DNA of 64,000 bases. Origin: Schizochytrium sp. TIO01 (Eukaryota > Protista > Bigyra: Labyrinthulomycetes). The notes beneath the pieces were generated by a model, which worked only from the letters and a program-made list of their open reading frames with translations, had not been told where the DNA came from and made no database searches. The translations under genes were made by a program, and so were the position numbers. Of this stretch, positions 22,501 through 33,635 are shown one piece after another (position 1 is the stretch's first letter; the number at the start of each line of letters is the position of its first letter). Location of the stretch: the NCBI GenBank assembly GCA_004764695.1, contig SMSO01000014.1, positions 305,648-369,647 on the forward strand. Reading direction: 5' to 3'.

Positions 22501-25500
22501 TATGATTGTCGAGTTTCTCACTACTCTTGCAGGAATGAGCGCCGAAATAACAATGACGTACGCAATTTTGCGCGCTCGATGCACCCTTTATATGGGCGAG
22601 CCTCTAGAAGCACAGGTTTGGATTGATGAAACACTTCGTCTGGCAGGCCTTGATCCGGCAGCCTCGCAAATGGATGCCACCACAAGAACACTACATCCGA
22701 ACTTAAGCTCCTCTATTCTAAACCTCACGCTTGGCCAAGTTGGTCGATTGTTTTACTACCGTGGAAAGGTGCTTCAAGTTGCAAACTGTCCTGTTGTGAT
22801 GGCCCAAGTTGGGTACACAACTTTCCCCGCAGCTGCTTCACGCTGCCGAGAGTGTGGACGTTCAATGCCGTCGCAAGGTGATGCCGCAAGTGGGGATACT
22901 GTTGGAGGAACGCCGCCTTCAATAGGCATTTCAACGACAAATGGTCATCACAATAACCATAGCACGCATGGTCTTGGTGGCGGAGTTGGGAACCATAGTA
23001 CTGGGGGTACTGCTAGTACTCAAGGTGGCCAAACGTCTGGTCAGCGAGAAATTTCGATTTCCAGTGCATTTGCAGAAGATCTTGATCACGGCTTCCTAGA
23101 AATGGATGGTACTTTCAGTAACTCCGGTGCCCATGCTTGCATTCAATCATTTTGGCGCGCCTTCGAGTATTTCCAGCTTATTGATGATGCACTCTGGCAA
23201 GCTAAAACGCTTGCTCGCATTGGGCAAGCTGAGCTTGTTACGTTTGCGAACCGTGACGTGTCTACTGCAGGTGAAACAGACGAACAAGCAGATCGCACAG
23301 CTATTCTTGATAGTATCGAAGAAACAACAAGTATGGCTCTCGATTTATGCGCAGATATTGGATACGCGCCCCTTATGCTAAGAAGTTTACTTAACATGAC
23401 CGAAGTTCAAGGACTTCGCGGGGAGAAAGCCAAGGCGTGGAACTTTTGGGACGAGACTTTACAGTTGCTCAACATGCTCTACTTAACTACGACCTTATCG
23501 TCTTCACCAGCAAGCAATGAAACTGTAGGCAAAAATATTCCTGATTCTTTTTCTCTTCACGAAGAAAGAGCTAATGCCCAACTCGAAGTGGAGAAAGCTT
23601 TATCTAATTTCATTTCACTGACATCTGCAGCGAATGCAAACGATAGGTCCTCCAGCACCACAAGTCCTAACGATACCAAGAACAAGAAGTGTGGTTCACC
23701 TCGCTCTCGGTCTTCATCACTATTGGAAAGTATATCAGAGTTCGAGTTCCCAACGTGTCGTGTACCTGGTATTTTCACGCCTCCAGGAATGACATATCGA
23801 CTTTTAGAACACTTGACTCGCCTCCTCCGTCTTAGCATGGGGTCCTTAAGTGACCTTCGTGGTTCATCTGGAGAACAACCTATGATGGAACCCATTGGTC
23901 GGCATGTTGAAATGCTTGCCACCTGGAACTATCTCTCCGATGAGTGCTGGCGCCAACACTCTTTTATTGCTTGTATTATGCTACAGGACCACGTTCGATC
24001 GCCTATTTACGACGACTATCTTATCATGTACAGGCCCCTGCGTCGCGATGCACGTGGCCGACCTTTGCCTTTCAGTGGTGCTTCGGCACCAGCATATGAG
24101 GTGCGCTCTCAAACACCAAACAAGTCGCGCTACCATGGCGACAGTAACGCAAACGTTGCGTCTCCTGCCTCTGCCCCCACTCAAGGTACGCACAGACGCA
24201 ATATGTCTGACTCAGCTGTGCCACAGGATGGGTTTGGTCGTAAAGATCGTTACACAGCGCAAGTAAAACAACGTGAACGCATGCGCCAGCTCCGGCAACA
24301 AATCCGCCATGGAGATGAAGGATGCAAGCGTTGTCGAAATGCTCGTCAGGCAGAGTTAATGACAACCGAGGGGCGTACCAATGCCGCTTTGTGGAGCTGC
24401 TTTCACCGTCTCAAGTTGCTTGCACATGGTGAAATTGGGCATACTCTCCACATGGGTGAGGTTTTCTCTCAAAATTTAGATCTCTTGCGGAATATCCGGA
24501 GTCTTACACGAGCAACACGCGCTGTAACACCCGCAGCAACCGTCATTTTTGGTTCGACAAAGGCAAGTAAAGAAACGTCGCACCAACCTCGCAACGTTCG
24601 TCTCTTCAAGTCCCCTCCGGCACGAGTGAATTCCCTGGAGACTCCTTTCCTTTCCAGTGGCGATGGAAACTACGTTCTATTGTGTGGGTGGCATTCAGAA
24701 CTCGTAGTTGCATCAAGACGTCGGGGTTCTGTAGATGGAGTCCCTTCAGTAAGTTTATTACAGGTTCGTCCGAGTCGTGCGATTGTGGAACTATCCAATG
24801 TTGCTTTCGAGACCGCCATCTCGGAGGAAAATATCGTACTTGGACAAATTCCTCGTGAGAACCTATGTTCAACATTACTGCGGGACCCTCAACCTAGCCT
24901 TCTTGGTGCGTGGGACTTACTCCGTGGAATTCCTCTGGACGGCATTTTTCGACTCATGGCAACCTTACTGAATGAGCAGCCTGTGGTTATCGCTTCATCA
25001 CTTTGTGCAGTGCGTGCTCGTGCTATTGAGGCTATTCTGGCACTGATTCGCCCCCTCTCGTGGATTCATATGCTTTTGCGTAATATTCCTGCGCCTTTGG
25101 CGTTTGCCCTCGGACGAGTGTTTTACAATCGGATTTATATTGTAGGACTGCACCCCAGTGCTGTACGTAGCTATATTCAGGGTATCGAGGCTGCCGCCTT
25201 CGCCGCCGAAGAACAGCCATTGTACCCCACAGTGGTTAATTTGGATGATTCATGGATTGAGTTCCCAGCACGAAACCTCCGGCGGAATGCAAACATCCCA
25301 GCTGCACTACGCTCAGCGATGGTAGCTTTGATGCGTGGTTCAGAATCCTCAGATAGCCCTGCGGCATCTCCTGTGCAACTTGACCAACGCCAATCTTTTG
25401 ATCTAGGAAGCAATAGTTTGACTTGGGGGACAGAGGCACAGAAAAGATGCGCAAGGCTCTACAAGGGCGCCCAGCTTGCACTGTTATGGTTGCTACGCTT

Positions 25501-26827
25501 CCATAACTATTTCTATGAAGAAACAGCCCGATCCTTCGACGGCCATAGGTTTTATAAGAGCATGTTAGTGGAAGACCCGCGAGGTGCATTTACTCAGCAA
25601 TTTGCACATTCACAACTCTTTCAGCTATTCTTGCAACAGGTTGAGTTGGCAAAACCAGTGTCTCGATTGCGCCTTGACGATGCGCTCAAGATGCATTTGA
25701 GCCTTAAAGCACGCCTGTATAGAACATTGGTTGGACTCACGCGTGGGTGCTGGGTCTACATGGTTGTTCTAGATCACACCCTAGAGCTGGATGCTGATGA
25801 TTTGGACATTGCAAGTCTGGCGACTTCCTCCGTTGTAAACACATCGCACGATAGCAGTACATTAACTGTGAAGGGAGCCCCAAACCGAGGGTCAAGTTCG
25901 GGTTCTGGCACCTCTTCATCTACTGGAAGCGCCAATGCTGTTACAAGTTCGAGTCACTTAATGTCTGCTCACCGTCGCAACAGTGCCTCTTTCTTTGGAA
26001 GTTCTGCCGTGGTTAGTGCAAGCAGCGGGAAATCAACAGGCGCACAAATGGGGGCTTCGTCGCAATGGTCATCATTGTTTTCTTCCTTCGGACTTTATGG
26101 ACATGCTTCACATCAGAACTTGAGTCGGGTTGCAGCAGTGTCAAGAGTAGCGAATGATATTCAAGAAATGCAGCTTGAATGCGAAATGCGCAAATTGCAC
26201 CGTACAAGTCGCCAAGGAATAAATCCGAACTTGTCAGGCCCAATCAATTCTCGTCTTATGCTACAACAAGAAACCTCGTCCTCTTCAATCCTACATCGTC
26301 CAGCAGGAGCACCTTCCTTATCAACTCACCCTAACTTGGCTGCTGCAGGCTCAGCGCAAACCGTCTCTTCCTCATTCAACGATAACTCGTCTTTTTTTCA
26401 AACCAAGCCAAAGAAAAAATGGATTTATCTCGAAGAAAAGCGTTTGCGCTATCACTATCGCAAGAGCAAGAACCGGGAAAAAGGTGGCATACCCCTAGAT
26501 CCGGCTCGTACTCGTCTCATTGTACCTACTTCTCACTACTTGCAAGAGGATGACTCCAATTCTTATGGGCGCTTGCAAGCTACCCTCGACCGTACTCGCA
26601 AACCCAAACCGGAGGATATTATTGAAGATCCCAAGGTCGGTTGTGACGATGAGCATTGGTTGTACCTAGTAACTCAACTTCGTGAGCCTAACAAGGCGCG
26701 CACAATCAAACTTCGCTTCCTGGACAAAATGGAAGAACGCCTTTGGGTAGATGCCCTCCGAGTAAAGCTCATGAACTCTGAGCTCCTGCTTCGCCTATTA
26801 GAAACTGCGTTTACCTCAGCAGGTTAA
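17555..26827 (+). CDS. Giant TPR-like repeat + DENN-domain + C-terminal PH-domain protein (putative Rab GEF scaffold)
   Basis: 3090-aa uninterrupted ORF. TPR-like helices (YGDILVENGKYKYAIGAYE, DWDRALKYHLEIL, DFAQAESYLKLAL, RPEDAARLLERVL). cDENN-like IFRLMATLLNEQPVVIASS...LIRPLSWIHM...YIVGLH...VVNLD. dDENN-like SFDGHRFYK...FTQQFAHSQLFQLFL. PH-like KKKWIYL...KGGIPL...EERLWVDALR. Confidence 0.85.
19498..19531 (+). repeat. Coding (GAC)n trinucleotide repeat giving poly-Asp
   Basis: Pure GAC run encoding about 11 Asp inside the 3090-aa ORF. Confidence 0.9.
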
Positions 26828-27027
26828 AAAACTCTTAAATACCTTCACAATCTAGAGTAGAATATGTAAATCTTTGAAGAATAGTGTGAAGTTTATATAT
26901 ATATTTTAAACTATCAAGGATAAATATAAAGATTGTGCACCCTGTACGTTCCACAGATATCGGAATTTAAAGTGTCTTTTCAGGAATTCAAGTGAATATT
27001 ATCGCGTTTTTCTATGTTCAACACTTT

Positions 27028-29112
27028 CTACTTTAATTCCTCTTGACTGCTCTTGCGTCTTCGAAGAAGAACGCCCGACAAGCGTTGTAATGTTGCGCGA
27101 AGTTTTTGGTCAGGAGCACTTGAGTGGGATGTACAAAGCGCAAAAGCTACGCGCACTAGAACCTCAACAAATTCCTTGTAGCTCAAATCTTCAAGAGTTG
27201 AGCGAGGTCGTTGTTGCTGAAAATAAGTAGAGCTTGCTTTGCTCTCCATAATGTCACGCTCGTTATCGAGGTCATTGGCCTCAGAGTCTTCCCCATCACC
27301 TACATTAGTATTATCTTGACTAGTTTCAGAACCATAGGCATGAGAAGGACTATTATGCTCAGAGTCAATCTCATCGTCTTTTGAATGACCTTTGATGTCC
27401 GAAACTTCACTGATGTTCAAATCCGATAAAGAAAAACCATTACTATCTTCGTTTTCAAGTTGGGATGCGGCAAACAGGCTTCGTGCATCGGCAAATGTTA
27501 AAGGGTGATATGGCACCTCAAAAGTTATCTCAGAGCGTGGATCGGTATAGGTCAGAAATTTATTGGGGTCCCGATATGAATGTTCATATCCAATAGAAGC
27601 TACATTTTCACGTTTAGCGGCTGCATCATCTCGGTCTTCGTCAACTACAAGGTTCGCTTCACGAAGCATCAAGATGAACGGTGTAAGGCTCATGTTACGG
27701 GCTGTGCGTGAACCTGTGCGCATCAATGACGTGGAGCTGCCTCGGTTCCATGTCGCCAAGCGGAGAGATGGAGCTCTTCCAAGACCATGCATATTAGTAT
27801 ATTTCTTATAAACTCGCAACAGCCTTGCATGGAATTCCACAAAAATGCCTAAAATGTCTCTGTTCTCTAAAGCATGATGCACTGCTCTGGTGTGGATACG
27901 GCGTTCAAGAATAGGCGCTGCGCACTCTGACATAAAATAGACGAAACGTTGTGATGGAGACCGAGTCAAGCTTTCCATGTTTCCAACAATACCAATGCGT
28001 GCTTGGTGTAGCTTATGTAGTTCCTCAGAAAGAAAAACTCTCGTCAAAGCTTCTAAAAAGTACACTCGATTGAAGTTCATGTCGCCAGTATACACGAGGC
28101 TAGGAGCCCCTCGTCGACGTCCAGAACTGTTCATATCCCCATGATGGGGTTCAAAAACCGGGCTGATCATACGCTGAATCAGGTCCGAATCCTGCGGCTC
28201 GCATATTCCAGAGTCTCGCAAAAGGCACATAAATTCACCAAAACTAAGCTGGCTTTGGCGATCATTTCCAAGACCACTGTATAGTTTGTACGCGTCCCTC
28301 AAAAGCCGATAATGAAGAATTAGAGATTTCCGAATTGAGACGAGCTCCAATTTTTCATATTGCACAAGTTTATCGAGATTTCCACGCAATTTTTGCCAAT
28401 CTTGCCTTGCGGTGCGACCAAGGTCATCTTCATCGTTGAAAAACTTGAGCCCATATTCAGGGTCCATACCAATTTCAAGTATGAAATTGGTCTGGTTTTC
28501 TTGTAGAAAATCCTCATGCTCCTTTGCCTTGATCGCTAACGTCTCCGCATTCTTTTCTTCTTCTGCTAGCCTCAAGCGGTTCTGGGCAAATTCACTTCGT
28601 CCATAAGCCATATCCTGCCATAGAGAATTTTCTAGGTCGGGGCATCCTCCTTGTGAACAATGCACCTCAGCGGCTAGCACCACATAGACTTTATAGTTGT
28701 TCTCATCTGTGTTTTTAATCATATCTTTGATTCGTTCATCTGGGTGCACCAGCTTTCCACTAAAGTACAACCCGACCGGGCGTAGTATACTCGCCCTATT
28801 CTTGGTGGCATTTACCCCCTGGAGGCTCTTAGCTACTACTGTAAGTTTGTTGTCGCGCATTCGTTCAGCTACATTCAACGCAAGCCATTTAACCGTCTGT
28901 CGGCCTTTTCCACACTCGATTATCATCTCGCTCACCAGATCATCCTCTTCCCGACGCAAAGGAAGTTTCATGTCTTCGTACTGCTCAACATCTCTCGTCA
29001 ATTTGCTTTCTCTTGTCTGCACTTTACCCTCAAAGTACTCATTTTCTTCATCTGGTGCATTACTACGTCTGCGCCTTGTCGATCGTAAAACCACCTCCGC
29101 TTCAACCCTCAT
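27028..29112 (-). CDS. Hypothetical protein with a Par3/HAL-N-like N-terminal domain and degenerate EF-hand-like helical repeats (possibly flagellar)
   Basis: 694-aa ORF. ECGKGRQTVKWLALNVAERM...LVHPDERIKDMI resembles the Par3/HAL N-terminal ubiquitin-like fold. A helical pattern occurs twice: LRDAYKLY..LSFGEFMCLLRDSGI..FLEALTRV and LLRVYKKY..MSLTPFILMLREANL..LSYKEFVEVLVRVA. Confidence 0.7.
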   Translation of the reverse strand: MRVEAEVVLRSTRRRRSNAPDEENEYFEGKVQTRESKLTRDVEQYEDMKLPLRREEDDLVSEMIIECGKGRQTVKWLALNVAERMRDNKLTVVAKSLQGVNATKNRASILRPVGLYFSGKLVHPDERIKDMIKNTDENNYKVYVVLAAEVHCSQGGCPDLENSLWQDMAYGRSEFAQNRLRLAEEEKNAETLAIKAKEHEDFLQENQTNFILEIGMDPEYGLKFFNDEDDLGRTARQDWQKLRGNLDKLVQYEKLELVSIRKSLILHYRLLRDAYKLYSGLGNDRQSQLSFGEFMCLLRDSGICEPQDSDLIQRMISPVFEPHHGDMNSSGRRRGAPSLVYTGDMNFNRVYFLEALTRVFLSEELHKLHQARIGIVGNMESLTRSPSQRFVYFMSECAAPILERRIHTRAVHHALENRDILGIFVEFHARLLRVYKKYTNMHGLGRAPSLRLATWNRGSSTSLMRTGSRTARNMSLTPFILMLREANLVVDEDRDDAAAKRENVASIGYEHSYRDPNKFLTYTDPRSEITFEVPYHPLTFADARSLFAASQLENEDSNGFSLSDLNISEVSDIKGHSKDDEIDSEHNSPSHAYGSETSQDNTNVGDGEDSEANDLDNERDIMESKASSTYFQQQRPRSTLEDLSYKEFVEVLVRVAFALCTSHSSAPDQKLRATLQRLSGVLLRRRKSSQEELK

Positions 29113-29610
29113 GTCTTCTACCCACTCACTTCAGCAGTTTTGCTCTCGGCACGTCTGCTTTACGAGAAAATAATGTAAACCCCGTACACAAGAACGGAGT
29201 TTTGCTCCAGCCTCAACGTTGGTGCCTTCCTCCAAATTATCCTTGCCTACTCCCAGTTGCCCCATTCAATAAATTATGATTCCTTGTGTTATATTCGCTC
29301 CCAAGTTCCTCCAGGTACTATCTATTTCTATATCTTATTGTAAGAACAAAAGTAAACTTTACCAACCCTTGAAATTAAGCAGGACATCATTCAGGTGTCC
29401 GCGCCCTGAGTACACACATTCCGCGCTCCGGATCACATAGTAAGGAATTCCGTATATTTCATCGGAAATCCGAGATGGGCGAGAGAGAATTTTTTTGCAA
29501 TGTCGCACAGAGGTTTCTCAATTACAGCATCAGACTTCAGCGACGATGGGTTATGGTTAAACCTGCTTTGGCTTGGGCTACAAGTTTGAAGATTTCTAGA
29601 GTCCAACGTA

Positions 29611-30753
29611 ATGGATCGCACAGCAGAATGCTCTGCGAAGGAACCTTATTACTCACTTGACGTATGGCGAATCCCAACCGCTTTGCACGCGTCAAAAGTG
29701 GTGCCACAAGATGCAGACGAGGAGACTCGCACAAGGTTAGAAGATGAGGCAAACGAGGTGCTTCTCCGGGAGTTCGCCGTGAGGCATGATGGTCCATTTC
29801 CTGAAGACTTTCTAACAGCAAAGGCTGACATCACATTTTCAGAAGAAATCATGGTGCTTTCTGCTTTGCTCGTGACTCTCGGTGGCCCACTCTTTTGGTT
29901 TTCGGCTGGCCTCCTCACGTTCATCGCTGCATCATGGACATCAGTTATGTTGTACATAATCCTGACAGCCTTCCTTGCTTTCCACCCACTCCCTAACTCT
30001 ATTCCTGCTTTATGGACTTCGCCTTTGATCATCGCAATGTACAAGTACTTCTCGTACAGGTTTGTGTGGAAAGGCAACGCACGAGAAATGCTACGATCGA
30101 ACAAGCAATTTCTTGGTTCAGGCGTGCCTCACGGTGTGATGCCGTTTGCTAATCTTCTTTGCATCCCTGCGACGAACTCTGTTCTGTACAGAGGCTGCAA
30201 TTTTTGGGGTGCCCCAGCGTCAGTTGTGTTTCATACTCCTTTCCTGCGATACTTGTCAATTCTGCAGTGTTGCCATGTTGGCCGCGAAGCAATAATGCAC
30301 GAACTTGAAGCTGGGCACTCTGTAGGTTTAGTTGGTGATGGAATTGCTGGAATCTTTCAATCAAACCATGACGACGAGGTTGTTGCTCTGAAGCGCCGCA
30401 AGGGCTTGGCGAAGCTTGCGTTACGGACAGGTACTCCTGTGCTTCCTTGCTACTCACTGGGAAATACCGCTGCCTTTTCTGCATGGTTTGACAGTTATGG
30501 AGTCATGGAGTGGCTTTCTCGCAAAGCTCAGGCCTCTATTTTCTTTTATTGGGGTCGGTTTGGCCTACCTATCCCACATCGTGTAAATATTACTATGATT
30601 GTAGGCAACATGGTTCTTGTAGAAAAAGTAGACGAGCCATCAGAAGATCAGATCCAAGTCCTTCATGATAAGATTTTGGATGGGTTCCGGGATGCGTTTG
30701 ACTCGCATAAAGCATCGCTAGGATGGGGCGCACGGAAGTTGCGCTTTGTGTAA
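29611..30753 (+). CDS. DGAT2: Diacylglycerol O-acyltransferase type 2 (DAGAT family)
   Basis: 380 aa. N-terminal TM hairpin, YFS, (V)PHGVMP, FHTPFLR, GDGIAGIF, LKRRKGLAKLALRTGTPVLPCYSLG and WGRFGLPIP. Confidence 0.9.
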   Translation: MDRTAECSAKEPYYSLDVWRIPTALHASKVVPQDADEETRTRLEDEANEVLLREFAVRHDGPFPEDFLTAKADITFSEEIMVLSALLVTLGGPLFWFSAGLLTFIAASWTSVMLYIILTAFLAFHPLPNSIPALWTSPLIIAMYKYFSYRFVWKGNAREMLRSNKQFLGSGVPHGVMPFANLLCIPATNSVLYRGCNFWGAPASVVFHTPFLRYLSILQCCHVGREAIMHELEAGHSVGLVGDGIAGIFQSNHDDEVVALKRRKGLAKLALRTGTPVLPCYSLGNTAAFSAWFDSYGVMEWLSRKAQASIFFYWGRFGLPIPHRVNITMIVGNMVLVEKVDEPSEDQIQVLHDKILDGFRDAFDSHKASLGWGARKLRFV

Positions 30754-33635
30754 CAAAGCGTTGCTACTGCAGGGCGGAATCTAGAATAGATAGTTTATAA
30801 CATTTGTAGTAAATAGGATCATGAAAAGACAAAAACCAAGGAGAGTTTTGTCAATTGTCACGCCAGTGTGCTCACTTTCATCATTGTTTTCCTCTGTTCA
30901 GTCAAGTAGAGAACGTGCTTGATATTAAGTCTGTATACTTGTTTGCGTACTAATAAGTTTGAAAACAATTATCACAGAGAAAGTCTGGATCGCGCTTGCA
31001 CACGTAATTTCATGTAAGATCACGCCATTTAAAATTCCTCACACAATTGATCTATTCAAACAAAACGGGTCTCATTTGCCTGCGTGCAATGAAGATTTAA
31101 CCACAAACTCTGTAAGAGGATCAAACTTCCCCTGTGGTGGGAGCGAATAGTGCGGGTTCTCTTTTCGCAATCTAGAGATACTTTTCGGCCAAACTTTGAA
31201 AACAGGAATTGACGTTAAACTTATAGCTAGTATGATTGATGAATAACAATTATGAGTGTGTTCTGTCACAATCAATATAGAAGTCTGCTTGCATACGAAA
31301 GTGAGTAAAATATTGCACCAAATCTAAGAAACTTTATATCGGTGTCAAACATCCATCCGACAATAGAACACCATCGCTATGAAAAGGTGCAACCACAACA
31401 GTCATTCTAAATTTCTTACAACTCACACAGGCCTTTCTCGGAGTCTTCCGCTTTTTTAATCCGGTGATTTTCGGTTTGCCTTTCTACACATATTGTAAAG
31501 GTCTCACCTAAAGAACCGCATTCTTCAAGTAAGCGCATTGGAATTGATCTGCAGCTTATTCTTCCTACACCTACACAGAATCGGTCCTCTTCTTTCAAAG
31601 AGTAGAGCATCTGACACCCGGTACAAAGCCCAGTCAGGAATTAAACCAAGTATTTCACCAACTGTGATCTTCTACCGTCGGGTGAGGCTCCACCGTTTAG
31701 ACCATCCACCCACGAGTCCAGAAATGATGCGTTACTTTCCTCAGCATTACATTTCATGGCGTAGGCTTAGCACTTTGCTACCTGATACCTAGCACTCGCA
31801 CCCGTCGTCCTAGTCCTAATCTTAACTAATCATAACAAGGGTATATTCGATGTTGCTAAGTTCTCACGTGAATGTCCCGTACGTGAGCGGAAGTCCATTC
31901 TCCTCTCCGACGTCTGCACACAAAAGATCAACTACCACGAGCAATCTGCCAGTCTGCTGACTTACCGCGCAAGCTTCGTGAGCTCCAAGCTAGAGCTAAT
32001 GCCAGCGGGAATCAAACTCGCGTTTGATAGTTTCTTTCAATGGTGATCAAGACGATTTTAATGTTAATCCCAAGATGCTGAAAAGAAACTATCGACAGAA
32101 ATGCGACAGAACGCGCTGTGAACAAATCAAAGACATACAGTGCAATACAGTGCAAGATGCAGTGCAATATATGGAGTGCAATATACAGTGCCGTGCAAAT
32201 TGTGCTCTGCGATTTCAAGCAATGTCAAGTGATCCAACGCAATTCAATGCAAAGAAGTCTGTTTAGAACATCTTGCTCAGAGACGAACAAAGATGGATGC
32301 TTCCGTGCACTGCTAGAGATGGGTTTGGTCCATATAGGTGTGGCAATTCGTCACCATGGCACGGACACTCATGGGGTCCAAACTACGACCCCTTCTTGGC
32401 ACTGTCAAGGCTCGAGTGTTGTCATGCGAAGGACTGTTGAAGATTTCTTGCGCTAGGCTACACCGTCTTCAGCTTGGAGAAGGCCTCCTGATCGTGCTTC
32501 TGCTCTCGTGCTTCAGGACCGTATACCTTAAAGAGAGGTTCAACTCCATAAAGAGCTCAATATTTATTAAGGTAGGTTTCTCAGCTTCTTTGTTTCCTGC
32601 ATTGCTCGCCGACATCAAAATCTAAAATGGAAAAGGCCTTCTTAGCCGATCTTGACAAGGATGAGTCTATGCTGCGATGCACCTAACCCTGGAGGAAGCT
32701 TGGTCTCACTGGTAGTGAGTCTTTTCGAGAATAGACTTCAATTGACGACTGGAACGAAGGACGTCAAGGTTAAGGAATCCAGAAACTGAAGAAGACTCTG
32801 ATTCTCTTTTTCTGAAAACAACAATAATTGAGTAGATAAAAGAATGAGAAAATAAAATAAAAAAATTCTTTCTTCCTCTTCGCCAAAACGTGTCCACATT
32901 TAGCCTTGTTTTCTGCTTTGAAAAATCTTCGCGAATCTCTCGCTCCAATAGCTTGGCAAGACACTGCAAGGCTCGCGAACGATGGGCTAAGGCGATTCTT
33001 CACGTTCACGAGTTCATACTCTCCCCCACAATTCGTCGTTATGCGTTGCTTAGATTTGACTCTTCGACAAACAACAATTGAAGGCCACTTTACTCACTTT
33101 CGCACTACAATAGAAAACAAGAAATGAACGATTGAAAAGAATAAAAGAAAGGAATCAAGAGAGCGATCGATCAATCCATCAAACCCTCCACCGCCCGCAC
33201 CGCGAAGGGCTCGCAGCGCATCTGCGGATCACGAGTGTCCTGGGGGACCCTTCCCAGCCCCCTGGCCTTGCAAGCCTCTTTTGCCGAGGTTATTGAGTCT
33301 CTGCGCAGTCGCAGCGAGCACGAACTCACTACATCCAGCCGCTTGTTCTCCATTGGGAGTTCACTTCTCGCCCAGGAGAGACTCTTTGTTGAGTGCCTTT
33401 AGGCCCTAGCATCTTGTGGACTTTGACCTTTCAAGGCTTCCTGAGTGGATTAAACATTTCAGCGTCTTGAACTCATCTTTGCTCAGCGGACCTTGCTTCT
33501 TCCCTGACGATCGCTTCACGAGCAAATTGAATCTGGGTAGGCGGAACGAAGTGCAACAAACCTCGCGGCACAAGACAGCCAAGACCTTGTGTAATTCACA
33601 TCTCCTAAGTCTTAAAAAAAAAAAAGGAAGACAAA

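Noticed and set aside
32440-32530. Minus-strand HDQEAFSKLK resembling the LTR-retrotransposon RT/RNase H linker
   Set aside because: An isolated 10-aa resemblance with no RT, integrase, LTR or PBS nearby.
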